Shown one piece after another: positions 23,233 through 35,600 of a stretch of DNA of 64,000 nt. The notes beneath the pieces are model-generated. The model saw only the letters and a program-made list of their open reading frames with translations. It did no database searches and was not told where the DNA came from. The DNA is taken from NCBI GenBank assembly GCA_951406725.2, contig OX597820.1, forward strand, positions 25,296,001 to 25,360,000. Direction: 5' to 3'. This DNA is from Octopus vulgaris (Eukaryota). The position numbers and the translations under genes are program-made. Every line of letters begins with the position of its first letter. Positions within the stretch are counted from its first letter, which is position 1.

Positions 23233-24205
23233 CTTTCACTGAAAATGAAGCAACATTTTTAATCAGACACATGTGAAACTACCTGATGAGATTACTTTTT
23301 GCAAAATGTATTTCACACATCATTTCTGAAATGACTAATTCTAACACGTATAAAGGAATTTATATAATTGAAAATTTGTAATAAATACATATAAATATGT
23401 AAATTGAGAGACCATAGCTCCAGCAGAATGGACGCATGGTTAGAATGTCTCAGGGAAAGGATCACAGATCAGATTCTTCAACCCAAGCCAGATGGGTTAT
23501 ATATATATATATATATAAAGGCAGAAAATTTTCTGGCATCTGTAATTCCGAACTTTTTCATATTTTGTTCGCCAAAGGCCCTTTAATAAACACAATCGTC
23601 GAAAGATCCTACAGGTGTTTACACTGGAAAATACACACCTTTCACTCATATAAATAGTGACTAATATAGATAACCCCTCGATTTCCCCAAAAAATTTTTG
23701 CTATATTTCACCCCAATAGTCAAAAAGATTTTCTTATATTCCCAATTACTACTATCCATTCTTGCGTTGCCTCTCACCTCGCCCGATGCTTTCTCCCTTT
23801 CGCTATCTACTTTCCTTTCTCTACAGTAAACATAATCGAACACACAGACACAGACCTTTCACCTCACAGCTGTGAGTTTTCTGACATCTACCCATCCACA
23901 AACACAATCACGCATTCAGACATACACACATTAAGACAGTTATATACAGTCACACACACAGGCACTCATTCACAAAAGAAATCATTTAAACCCACCATTC
24001 TTTTGACCTGCATTCTCTCACCTTACTATTCTTATGCCTCCCTCCTCCTACTTCGTTTGAACTCTTGAACCTTTAGAAACTTCTAGATTCTTCTACATTC
24101 AGCCACTCTGACGTCACTCATTATAAAGAGACACTCATTATCGCCATGGGCTCCTTGAGAGCGGTCAGCTAAAAGTTTTTTGTGCATTTTGATGTCGACA
24201 TAAGT

Positions 24206-24302
24206 TCCTTGATTTTCCTGATGAGAAATCTGCATAATGTACTCCTTATTCCTTCGGAATTAGGAATATGCAGCCTTCGAAACATATGTCAAGAATAAAG
24301 GA
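24206..24302 (+). ncRNA. Type I hammerhead ribozyme in a Penelope-like pLTR
   Basis: TCCTTGATTTTC-CTGATGA-GAA[CTGCATA...TATGCAG]TTC-GAAA-C-ATAT-GTC-AAGAATAAAGGA. Intact core, GUC triplet (cut after 24290), palindromic stem III ACATATGT, about 10/12 helix I pairs. Confidence 0.75.
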
Positions 24303-24341
24303 TATTTGCTAACTAGTCGTTCAACTCCATTCTTTCATATA

Positions 24342-24409
<68 letters not shown>

Positions 24410-25717
24410 CACATACACACATGCATACATGTTCCTGTAACATAGCAATTCTCCAAAAGAGTAGAGTAAGTACAAGATTTAAAAAATAAGTATGCCATTG
24501 CAATTTTTTTGACCAAACCCTTGAAGATGGTACCCCAGCAAGGCTGCAGTCCAATAACTGAAACAGTTCTCATCCTCCTCATCATCATAGAATGTCCCTT
24601 TTTCCATGCTGGCATGGGCTGAACAGTTTGACAGAATCTGACAAGCTGTAAGGCCTCGTCAAGCCCCAGTGTCAACTTTTGACATGGTTTCTATGGGTGG
24701 GTGTCCTTCTTAATGCCAAGCACATTACCTACAGAGTGTACTGGGTACCTTTCTTTGTGTGACTGGTACTAATGAGGTTACCAAGGTAAAAAACTAAGGA
24801 ACAGGGAGAAGGAAAGAAAAAAGTGGGTGGGAGAGGAAAAATAAGAAAAGAAACACTTCTTTGACTATATGGGGGTTGGGTAGTATTAAGGAGGGGATAG
24901 GGTGATCGTTCTATGTCAGGTATTCTGATTGAAGAACAAGCCCAGGTGGTTTGTAACAGAGATATAAGACTGGGTAATTGGGAAACTGGAAAGAAGATGA
25001 AAGTGGTGGTGGGTGTTGGAGTATCTCAAGATACAGAGGATTGCAGGAGGTAGATAGAGGGAAGATGGATGTAGAGGTGGGTGTCGTGAGGGAAGGTGAG
25101 AGATATTGGTGTGGCTCAGGGAGCTATTTTAAGTGGGGTGTGATGTGAGGGGGAATCAAGAGTGATAACAGGTAAGAGGACTGTTAAGAATGGAGTATAT
25201 CAGAGAAGAGCAATGGCTAACTCTCACCTTACTGACAGCACCTCCATGCATGGTTTGGGAAGCTAGAACAAGCCATTAAGCTATCTCAACCTTCCTCAGA
25301 AGCAGGGCCATTGCATGACTTTGAGAGGCACCCTGCAAATTTTGCTTCGAGGCCCCATCCCTTCAATCAAAATTCATAATCTACACGCCTTTATTATCTT
25401 CAAAAATCAAGCATAGTCCCTTACATAGTCCCTTAAGCATAGTCTCTTACACATAAAAAAACTAAGGGTATTTCTTTTTTCTACCCCTCTGTACATAGAT
25501 AGATATACACCCATACATACACACACACACACAAACTTCTGCATGTGGGTGCAAGTGTGTGTGATCGTGCACACATTCACATGTGCACACCTTGTTCTTG
25601 GTACAGAAAGAATTTTGTCTCCAGTTTTTATTGCCTTAGTAGGTCAAAGTTCACTGTTCTGGGTACAAAGCGACTAGATTTTCAACAAAGTCAAATAACA
25701 ATGCCAAATATAATATA

Positions 25718-25758
<41 letters not shown>

Positions 25759-25818
25759 GAATAGAGAAAGAGGGAGTGACAGAGAGACTAAGAGACGTGT
25801 GTTTAGTATACGTCTCTC

Positions 25819-25856
<38 letters not shown>

Positions 25857-25991
25857 ATCAACCTTGGTTGGGTATATGTATGATCATATCCATTTCAATC
25901 ATGACCATTCTGTATTTTACTATATCATTGATGGGTGTGTCCTTTACTTTTAATGATAGTAAGATGTGATTAGGGATAGATTTAACTATTA

Positions 25992-26387
25992 CTAGCAGTA
26001 TCGCCCGGCGTTGCTCAGGTTTGTAAGGGAAATAACTATATAAGCATTTTTAGAGATGTAAAGTATAATAGCCATCTCAATATGGCTAACCACAAAGGGG
26101 GGGTGTTACTGTAGCTTTTTACGTTCTGAGATTTAATAATAAATTTTTAGAGAGTTACTTCCCTTATATATACCAAAAATGCATTAAAAATGGGAAAAAT
26201 TTATGGTAATTTTTTTTTTAAATCGTAGACTCATTGTAGACGCGCGCTAATACCCAGAAGGGCTCAATATGAATCACGACTATAAGATACCCGGTTTTGG
26301 TTAAACTGCACCGCAAAATGTGGGAGTAGTTAGGAATCTAAATCGTAGGAGACAGACAGCACACAACCTTACTTTTATATATAAAGA
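25992..26387 (-). mobile_element. Non-autonomous Helitron (family 2 3' end, distinct interior)
   Basis: Minus strand TC...CCTGAGCAACGCCGGGCGATACTGCTAG; A|T insertion. Confidence 0.7.
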
Positions 26388-27343
26388 TATCTCGTAGACT
26401 ATCTTATTCAAATTGTTATCTATTATAATGATGTTCTCCAACAGAAATCTCATTATATCATTCATTTATAATGAGATTTTGATATTTAGGCAGTGTGTTA
26501 CATATCCCAGTACCACAATATATGTATGTATGTATGTATGGATGGATGGATAGATGGATGGATGGATGCATGTATGTATGTGTGCATGTAAGTATGTATA
26601 TATGTATGTATGCTTTGATGTATGTATGCATGCATGTATGTATATATGCATGTAGGTATGTGTATGTAAGTATGTATACATACATGTATGTATCAATTGT
26701 TTGAAGTGGTGTACAGATTTTATTTATTAAGAAAAAGAAGGTAGTCAAGATTTTAGATAAAAACTATTTATTTCATGCTTTCATCTGTTTTGGGAGATTC
26801 CTCATGAATGATATATTTATAGAAAATTCATACCTTTTATATATATATGTGAGTTAGTTGAAGCCAACTCACATATAAAAGGTATGAATATAGGCACAGG
26901 CATAACTGTATGGTGAGAAGTTTGCTTCCCAACATGTTTCCAGGTTCAATCCCACTGCATGGCAACTTGGGCACATGTCTTCTTCAGTAGCCTCATGCCA
27001 ATCGAAACCTTGTGAGTGGATTTGGTTGATGGAAACTGAAAGAAGCCTATTGTATATAAATCATCATCATCATCTTCATCATCATCATTTGACGTCCATT
27101 CTCAATACTGGCATGGGTTGGACAGTTTGACAGGAGCTGGAGAGCTGCCTAGGTTCCATTTGTCTGTTTAGGCATAATTTCTACAACCAGATGCCCTTCC
27201 TAACACCAACCAATTAACAAGAGTGCACAGGACGCTCTTAATGTGACACCAGCATAGTGCTTTTATGTGACATTAGCATGGACTCTTTTACATGGCACCA
27301 GCATACATACATACATACATACATATATATATACACACACACA

Positions 27344-27412
<69 letters not shown>

Positions 27413-27420
<8 letters not shown>

Positions 27421-28078
27421 TGCCCCCTCGTTATCGAGTATGGCCATTGCACAAAGCTTAACTGCTATCGGTGCTGAGATCAAATGTGACTTTTATTTGC
27501 TTTTTAAGGCTACAACCAGCTATTCAGTTGAGACTCACAGTACTATCAACAATCATGAACAATGTTGCTATCGTGCAATGCCTGTGCAAGAAGATTTTTT
27601 TTAAAGTGAGGAATGGCTGTGCACTGAGTCAATCCCACTCACTAAGCAACAGCAGCCATAATCTGAAAAGAAGAACAAGTCAACATCATCGGAAACCACT
27701 GAGCCGCAGGTTTTATGTCGGAGTTATCCCAGTTACCTGAGTTACCTTCTCCTAGAAGGATGCCCTAACAAAGGCTAGGAGTCCTTCACTCCCAATGGTT
27801 TAACCGTGCGATCGGGTATTCAGTCCGATTATTTCTATGTCCCTGCGCATGATACAGCCTTAAGCCTTAAAAAAAAAAATACACATTTATTGGATGCCCG
27901 TTGACTCTCAAGAGTTCCTCCGCCCTTTGATGAGTTTTGTTTTTCATGCCGCAGGGTGTCCAATAAACACCCTCCTCACCAAGCAAGCTTGGTGTGGTTG
28001 CTGGTTTAGACGCCGATGGCCCAACCATGCAACAGGTTGTACTGGGTTACATGTCACCAGTAGCACACGAAAGTGACA
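27413..28078 (-). mobile_element. Probable bipartite non-autonomous RTE derivative (5' UTR-like plus 3' end) between (TA)n tracts
   Basis: GC-richer block with GGGCGGAGGAACTCTTGAGAGTCAACGG and TCCTTCTAGGAGAAGG motifs recalled from RTE 5' UTRs; no ORF. Confidence 0.4.
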
Positions 28079-28098
28079 TGACATATATATATATATAC

Positions 28099-28192
<94 letters not shown>

Positions 28193-28639
28193 AATATATA
28201 TATATATCCTTTCATTTTAATGAAAGGATAAAATTTAAACATAAAAAGGAGGAGATGATATTTTACAGGTTAGGCACCTCTTACTGAATACAAATATGTC
28301 AAGAAACTTTATAGCCATAGCTATTCTTATCCAAATGTGTGTGTATGGGTGTCGGGAGTGTCTTTCTTTCTTTTTGTCCTTCATCAACATTTGACAACTA
28401 GTATTGACTTGTTTATATCTACATAACTTAGCAGTTTGGCATAAGTCACTAATAAAATAAGTACCAAACATGAAAAATAAGCACTGGGGGATGAATTGTT
28501 TGTCTAAAGCCTCCAAGGCGAACTCTAGTAAGGTCAAAGTCTAATGGGAGACACAAATAAAAGATAAAACAAAAAAAAGGTAACACAGATACGTGTCTGT
28601 GTATTTCAGTGTGTGTGTGTGTGAGTGCATTTGCATGTA

Positions 28640-28675
<36 letters not shown>

Positions 28676-28886
28676 TGTATGTATGTATGTATGTATGTGT
28701 GTGTGTATGTATGTATGTACGAGTGAGTGAATGTATTTATGCATACATACATACATAATACATATATACACACATACTTAAATATATATATATACACATC
28801 CACATATGTACGGAGATACTTACATACATACATACATTCATATATAAAAGAATGAAATTATGTTATCAAAAGTGTGCATTACTCAC

Positions 28887-29050
28887 CAATTATTTTTTTT
28901 TTAAATGTATTGCAATCAGCTCGCGTCAAGTCAAATGTGCAAGACAGACATGCGTTTTATTAAAACTCTAACTTGTAACTTAACAACTCACAAAGGTTGA
29001 TTTAGAAGATTCATCAGCAGGAGTAAAATAAATGTTAATAAATGCCTCGG
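28887..29050 (-). promoter_or_regulatory. Candidate non-coding first exon / promoter region of the FAAH-like gene
   Basis: The acceptor just upstream of the ATG implies a 5' UTR exon. This is a nearby non-repetitive island with a strong donor TTG|GTGAGT at 28886. The upstream boundary is unknown. Confidence 0.3.
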
Positions 29051-30314
29051 TAAGAAATATAGATTAATGTACTTTTAAGCCTGCATAGTTATTTGTCAGG
29101 TTAAACTAGTGGCTGGATATTCATTTGATTATATCAAGCTGTCTTAAAGAGCGAAATGACCCAGACTGTGAAGTCATCCAAAGGTCTCTCAGTCATGCCT
29201 ATTCATTGATTTTCATTTGATTACATAATGTTGTCATAAAGAATGAAATGATCAAGACAGGGAAGTCTTGCGATGGTGAATATCTCTCAGCATCATACAC
29301 CCATACACACACAAGTTCATGCACAATGTACACACACACACATACACACACATACAAACACCTGTGCACACCTGTACTCACCTGTACACACCTGCACACA
29401 CACAAACACACACACACACACACACATACACACACATATATGCACACACATGCACACATACATATGCACACACACACACACACACACACACTTTTTCTTT
29501 TACTCTTTTACTTGTTTCAGTCATTTGACTGTGGCCATGCTGGAGCACCGCCTTTAGTCGAGCAAATCGACCCCAGGACTTATTCTTTGTAAGCCTAGTA
29601 CTTGTTCTATTGGTCTCTTTTGCTGAACCACTAAGTTACTGGGATGTAAACACACCAGCATCAGTTGTCAAGCAATGTTGGGGGGACAAACACATTCACA
29701 CAAACACATACATCAAGAATTTTCAAAATAATTTTGCATGGAATTAAGTTTTAAAATATAGAGACTTTGATATTCTGGGAAAGAATGGTTTTCAGAATAA
29801 TGGCCCCCACTCAATAGAAGTAAAAAAAAATGTAGAAACACATCATAAACTTTTGCCATTTCCCTCCACCGTCAATCTAACATTTTTAAACTAATGTGCA
29901 ATGGGGTGCTGAAAAGTTCCTGGCTTTGGGTAAAAGAAAAACCAGGAGGATCAGTTAATTATGATTTTATTCTGCGTGTTTCTTTCTCAGATTCACACAC
30001 TTATTGCATCAACCCTTTAGTTTTTCTAAGCCCTGTAAAAGAACTCGGAAGGTTGGGCTTCCAACCAGGCATTTCGCGATACCCTTAAAGATTCATATAT
30101 ATAGCCAGCCTCACCTGGCACCTGTGTCGGTGGCACATAAAATCACCCACTACACTCTCGGAGTGGTTGGCGTTAGGAAGGGCATCCAGCTGTAGAAACA
30201 CTGCCAGATCTGACTGGCCTGGTGCAGCCTTCGGGCTTGCCAGACCCCAGTTGAACCGTCCAACCCATGCTAGCATGGAAAGCGGACGTTAAACGATGAT
30301 GATGATAATGATGA

Positions 30315-30363
<49 letters not shown>

Positions 30364-30478
30364 TAAACATACATATATATGCATATATCATCATCATCAT
30401 CATCATTGTTTAACGTCCACCTTCCATACTGGCATAGGTTGGATGGTTTGACTAAGGACTGGCAAGCTAGGAGGATGC

Positions 30479-31294
30479 AACAGGACAAGTAACATAAAGA
30501 ACGACCCTTCATCAGTTGTTGGCTGTCTATCTACTCCTCGTTTTGAGCATTGAACAACAATATGAGTCTTTGAAGACAGTTGCTCTCATAAGTACCAAAA
30601 TAAAATTTGGGATTTATGGACGGTCAAAGTTGGGAAAAAAACAGGACAGTGGAGACATATGAAGAAATCTAATGAAAACAAACATGGAGGGTCGTTAGAC
30701 CAGAATGAAGTTAAAATAGTGGACATTGGAGAAATATTTTCTTTGACAAGAGAAAAGATAGAAGAGAGAGATATAGGATATGTCCAGTCCTTAGGACGGC
30801 CCTGAAAGAAAAGAAAGAGGATCATGTGAGGAAAAGAAAGATGGACGATGATCACATGTGAGCAATGAGAGAGAGTAAAGAAGAAAGAGAGGGAGAGAGA
30901 GACAGAGAGAAAATAGTGAAGGAGAGGAAAAAAGGGAATTAGAGGATGAGACAGAAAATGATAGGGGGAGAGAGCTGTCCTAAGGACTGGACGTATCCTA
31001 TATCACTCTCTTCTATCTTTTCTCTGGTCAAAGAAAATATTTCTCCAGCATTCACTATTTTACCTTCATTCTGGTCTAACGGGCCTCCATTTGTTTTCAT
31101 TCAGTTTCCTTGTCCTGTTTCGTTCCTGTCCTGTTTTTGTTCCGAACTTTGACCCTCCGTAAATCCAAAATTTTATTTTGGTACTTATGAGAGCAACTGT
31201 TTTTGAAGACTCATATTGTTCAATGCTCGAAATGAGGAGTAGATAGACAGCCAACAACTGATGAAGGGTCGCTCTTTATGTTACTTGTCCTGTT
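30479..31294. mobile_element. Long inverted repeat (~320-bp arms), Penelope-like inverted pLTR pair
   Basis: 30479-30800 is the reverse complement of 30974-31294 (e.g. near-identical PKDWTYPISLSSIFSLVKENISP translation on both strands). Confidence 0.75.
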
Positions 31295-31669
31295 TCCCAC
31301 TTGTTTCTCTCATTGTTTGTGTATTGAACTCATTTGTTTTTGTATTTCATGTTGTTTACTTTTGGTAACGTCCTATACCCATACATGTATATATATATAT
31401 ATTTTGTAATTATATATTTATAATTATAACAAGGGTTTGGATTTACACCTTACCCCACAACTGCTAGAAATAGAAGCTAAGGCTTCTATTAACAAATTAA
31501 AATCTCCGAGAAATAACACACTATGTATATATATTAGGAAGGGCATCCAGCCGTAGAAACATTGCCAGATCAGACTGGGCCTGGTGCAGCCTTCTGGCTT
31601 CCCAGACCCCAGTTGCACCATCCAACCCATGCCAGCATTGAAAGCGGACGCTAAACGATGATGATGATG

Positions 31670-31704
<35 letters not shown>

Positions 31705-32668
31705 TACATATGCATATGTATATATACATATATACGCATATGTATATATACGTATACTCACACACATATGTATGTATGTATGTATGTATGTATTTATGCA
31801 TGTATGTCATTACCATCATCATCATCATCATCATCATCATCATTTAACATCCGTGTTCCACACAAGAATGGATGGGACAGCACCATAAGAGCCAGTCAGG
31901 CTAAAGCCTGCACCAAACTTCTGTGGCTGTTTTGGCATAATTTTTACAGCTGGATGCCCTTCCTAACACCAACCACTCAGCAGAGTGGACTTAGCGCTTT
32001 TTATGTTGCACTTGCCAAGGTGAAGTGAGTAGTGTTTTTTATGTGGCACAAGCACGGGTGAGGTCAGTTTTGGCAAAGTTTTTACAGCTGGATGCCCTTC
32101 TGAACACCAACCACTTAACACTGTGGACTGGGTGCTTTTATGTTGCACCTGCACTGACAGGGTCACCAAGTACTTGCAAGACAAAATCTTTTAAGAGGGG
32201 AGGTGGTATTGGAGGAGGTGATGATGAGTAAGTTATTGTGAGACAGATACAGGTGTCTTACTGTAGAGGAAGTACAAGGTTACCCAGCTGAAGAGAGAAA
32301 GATCAGGAATGAAGACAGAAACAGGTGTGCTACCATAAAGAAAATACATGGTTGCCCAACTTGAAGGAAGTGCAGAAAGAGAGTGGGAGACTGCAGGATT
32401 GAGGTGGTGGCAAAATGCTGGGCATACTCACCAGGAACAGGATCAGAGTATAAATGAGGTGGTTGAGTAAAGGAAGAGAGAGATACACATAGTAGCAAGT
32501 GCCAGGACATATCCTTCAAATGCCATAATATAAGTGAATGGATATTGAGAAGGGAGTGTGATTAAAGAGTGCGAGTAAGTGGAGACAGACCTGGGTATAT
32601 ATAGAGTTGGAGTGGCTACAGGATAGCAATGATACAGAAGAACATGGGTGTGAGGACAGGATTGGGTT

Positions 32669-35600
32669 GTGAGATCTAAGCAAGGAGTGAGAGCTAGGCA
32701 AGGAGTGAGAGCTAGGCAAGTAGTGGGAGCTAGGCAAGGAGTGAGAGCTAGGCAAGGAGTGAGAGCTAGGCAAGGAGTGAGAGCGAGGCAAGGAATGAGA
32801 GCTAAGCAAGGAGTGAGAGCTAGGCAAGGAGTGAGAGCTAAGCAAGGAGTCAGAGCTAGGCAAGGAGTGAGAGCTAGGCAAGCAGTGAGAGCTAAGCAAG
32901 GAGTGAGAGCTAGGCAAGGAGTGAGAGCTAGGCAAAGAGTGAGAGCTAGGCAAGGAGTGAGAGCTAGGCAAGTAGTGAGATTGAAGCAAGGAGTGAGAGC
33001 TAGGCAAGGAGTGAGAGCTAGGCAAGGAGTGAGATCTAAGCAAGGAGTGAGAGCTAGGCAAGGAGTGAGAGCTAGGCAAGGAGTGAGAGCTAAGCAAGGA
33101 GTGAGAGTTAAGCAAGGAGTGAGAGCTAGGCAAGGAGTGAGAGCTAAGCAAGGAGTGAGAGCTAAGCAAGGAGTGAGAGCTAGGAAAGGAGTGAGAGCTA
33201 GGCAAGGAGTGAGCGCTAGGCAAGGAGTGAGTGCTAAGCAAGGAGTGAGAGCTAGGCAAGGAGTGAGAGCTAGGCAAGGAGTGAGAGCTAAGCAAGGAGT
33301 GAGAGCTAAGCAAGGAGTGAAAGCAACGCAAGGAGTGAGAGCTAGGCAAGGAGTGAGAGCTAAGCAAGGAGTCAGAGCTAGGCAAGGAGTGAGAGCTAGG
33401 CAAGGAGTGAGAGCTAGGCAAGGAGTGAGAGCTAGGCAAGGAGTGAGAGCTAGGCAAGGAGTGAGAGCTAAGCAAGGAGTGAGAGCTAGGCAAGGAGTGA
33501 GAGCTAGACTAGGAGTGAGAGCTAGGCAAGGAGTGAGAGCTAGGCAAGGAGTGAGAGCTAAGCAAGGAGTGAGAGCTAGGCAAGGAGTGAGAGCTAGGCA
33601 AGGAGTGAGAGCTAAGCAAGGAGTGAGAGCTAGGCAAGGAGTGAGAGCTAGGCAAGGAGTGAGAGCTAAGCAAGGAGTGAGAGCTAAGCAAGGAGTGAGA
33701 TCTAAGCAAGGAGTGAGAGCTAGGCAAGGAGTGAGAGCTAAGCAAGGAGAGCTAGGCAAGGAGTGAGAGCTAAGCAAGGAGTGAGAGCTAGGCAAGGAGT
33801 GAGAGCTAGGCAAGGAGTGAGATCTATGCAAGTGTGAGAGCTAAGCAAGGAGTGAGAGCTAGGCAAGGAGTGAGAGCTAGGCAAGGAGTGAGAGCTAAGC
33901 AAGGAGTGAGAGCTAAGCAAGGAGTGAGAGCTAGGCAAGGAGTGAGAGCTAAGCAAGGAGTGAGAGCTAGGCAAGGAGTGAGAGCTAAGCAAGGAGTGAG
34001 AGCTAGGCAAGGAGTGAGAGCTAGGCAAGGAGTGAGAGCTAAGCAAGGAGTGAGAGCTAGGCAAGGAGTGAGAGCTAGGCAAGGAGTGAGAGCTAAGCAA
34101 GGAGTGAGAGCTAGGCAAGGAGTGAGAGCTAGGCAAAGAGTGAGCGCTAGGCAAGGAGTGAGAGCTAAGCAAGGAGTGAGATCTAAGCAAGGAGTGAGAG
34201 CTAGGCAAGGAGTGAGAGCTAAGCAAGGAGTGAGAGCTAGGCAAGGAGTGAGAGCTAGGCAAGGAGTGAGAGCTAGGCAAGGAGTGAGAGCTAGGCAAGG
34301 AGTGAGAGCTAGGCAAGAGTGAGAGCTAGGCAAGGAGTGAGAGCTAGGCAAGGAGTGAGAGCTAGGCAAGTAGTGAGATTGAAGCAAGGAGTGAGAGCTA
34401 GGCAAGGAGTGAGAGCTAGGCAAGGAGTGAGAGCTAAGCAAGGAGTGAGAGCTAGGCAAGGAGTGAGAGCTAAGCAAGGAGTGAGAGCTAAGCAAGGAGT
34501 GAGAGCTAGGCAGGAGTGAGAGCTAAGCAAGGAGTGAGAGCTAAGCAAGGAGTGAGAGCTAGGCAAGGAGTGAGAGCTAAGCAAGGAGTGAGAGCTAAGC
34601 AAGGAGTGAGAGCTAGCAAGGAGTGAGAGCTAGGCAAGGAGTGAGAGCTAGGCAAGGAGTGAGAGCTAAGGCAAGGAGTGAGAGCTAGGCAAGGAGTGAG
34701 AGCTAGGCAAGGAGTGAGAGCTAGGCAAGGAGTGAGAGCTAAGCAAGGAGTGAGAGCTAAGCAAGGAGTGAGAGCTAGGCAAGGAGTGAGAGCTAAGCAA
34801 GGAGTGAGAGCTAAGCAAGGAGTGAGAGCTAAGCAAGGAGTGAGAGCTAAGCAAGGAGTGAGAGCTAAGCAAGGAGTGAGATCTAAGCAAGGAGTGAGAG
34901 CTAAGCAAGGAGTGAGAGCTAGGCAAGGAGTGAGAGCTAGGCAAGGAGTGAGAGCTAGGCAAGGAGTGAGAGCTAGGCAAGGAGTGAGAGCTAGGCAAGG
35001 AGTGAGAGCTAAGCAAGGAGTGAGAGCTAGGCAAGGAGTGAGAGCTAAGCAAGGAGTGAGAGCTAGGCAAGGAGTGAGATCTAAGCAAGAAGTGAGAGCT
35101 AAGCAAGGAGTGAGATCTAAGCAAGGAGTGAGAGCTAGGCAAGGAGTGAGAGCTAGGCAAAGAGTGAGCGCTAGGCAAGGAGTGAGAGCTAGGCAAGGAG
35201 TGAGATCTAAGCAAGGAGTGAGAGCTAGGCAAGGAGTGAGAGCTAGGCAAGGAGTGAGAGCTAGGCAAGGAGTGAGAGCTAAGCAAGGAGTGAGAGCTAG
35301 GCAAGGAGTGAGAGCTAGGCAAGGAGTGAGAGCTAAGCAAGGAGTGAGAGCTAAGCAAGGAGTGAGAGCTAGGCAAGGAGTGAGAGCTAGGCAAGGAGTG
35401 AGAGCTAGGCAAGGAGTGAGAGCTAGGCAAGGAGTGAGAGCTAGGCAAGGAGTGAGAGCTAGGCAAGGAGTGAGAGCTAGTAGGCAAGGAGTGAGAGCTA
35501 AGCAAGGAGTGAGAGCTAGGCAAGGAGTGAGAGCTAGGCAAGGAGTGAGAGCTAGGCAAGGAGTGAGAGCTAGGCAAGGAGTGAGAGCTAGGCAAGGAGT

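Noticed and set aside
28935-29025. Minus-strand CTGATGA...AAAACGCATGTC hammerhead-like pattern
   Set aside because: GAAA is absent and helix I does not pair.
31225-31272. CGAAAT...CTGATGAAGGG as a permuted (type II) hammerhead
   Set aside because: Stems I and III cannot be formed.
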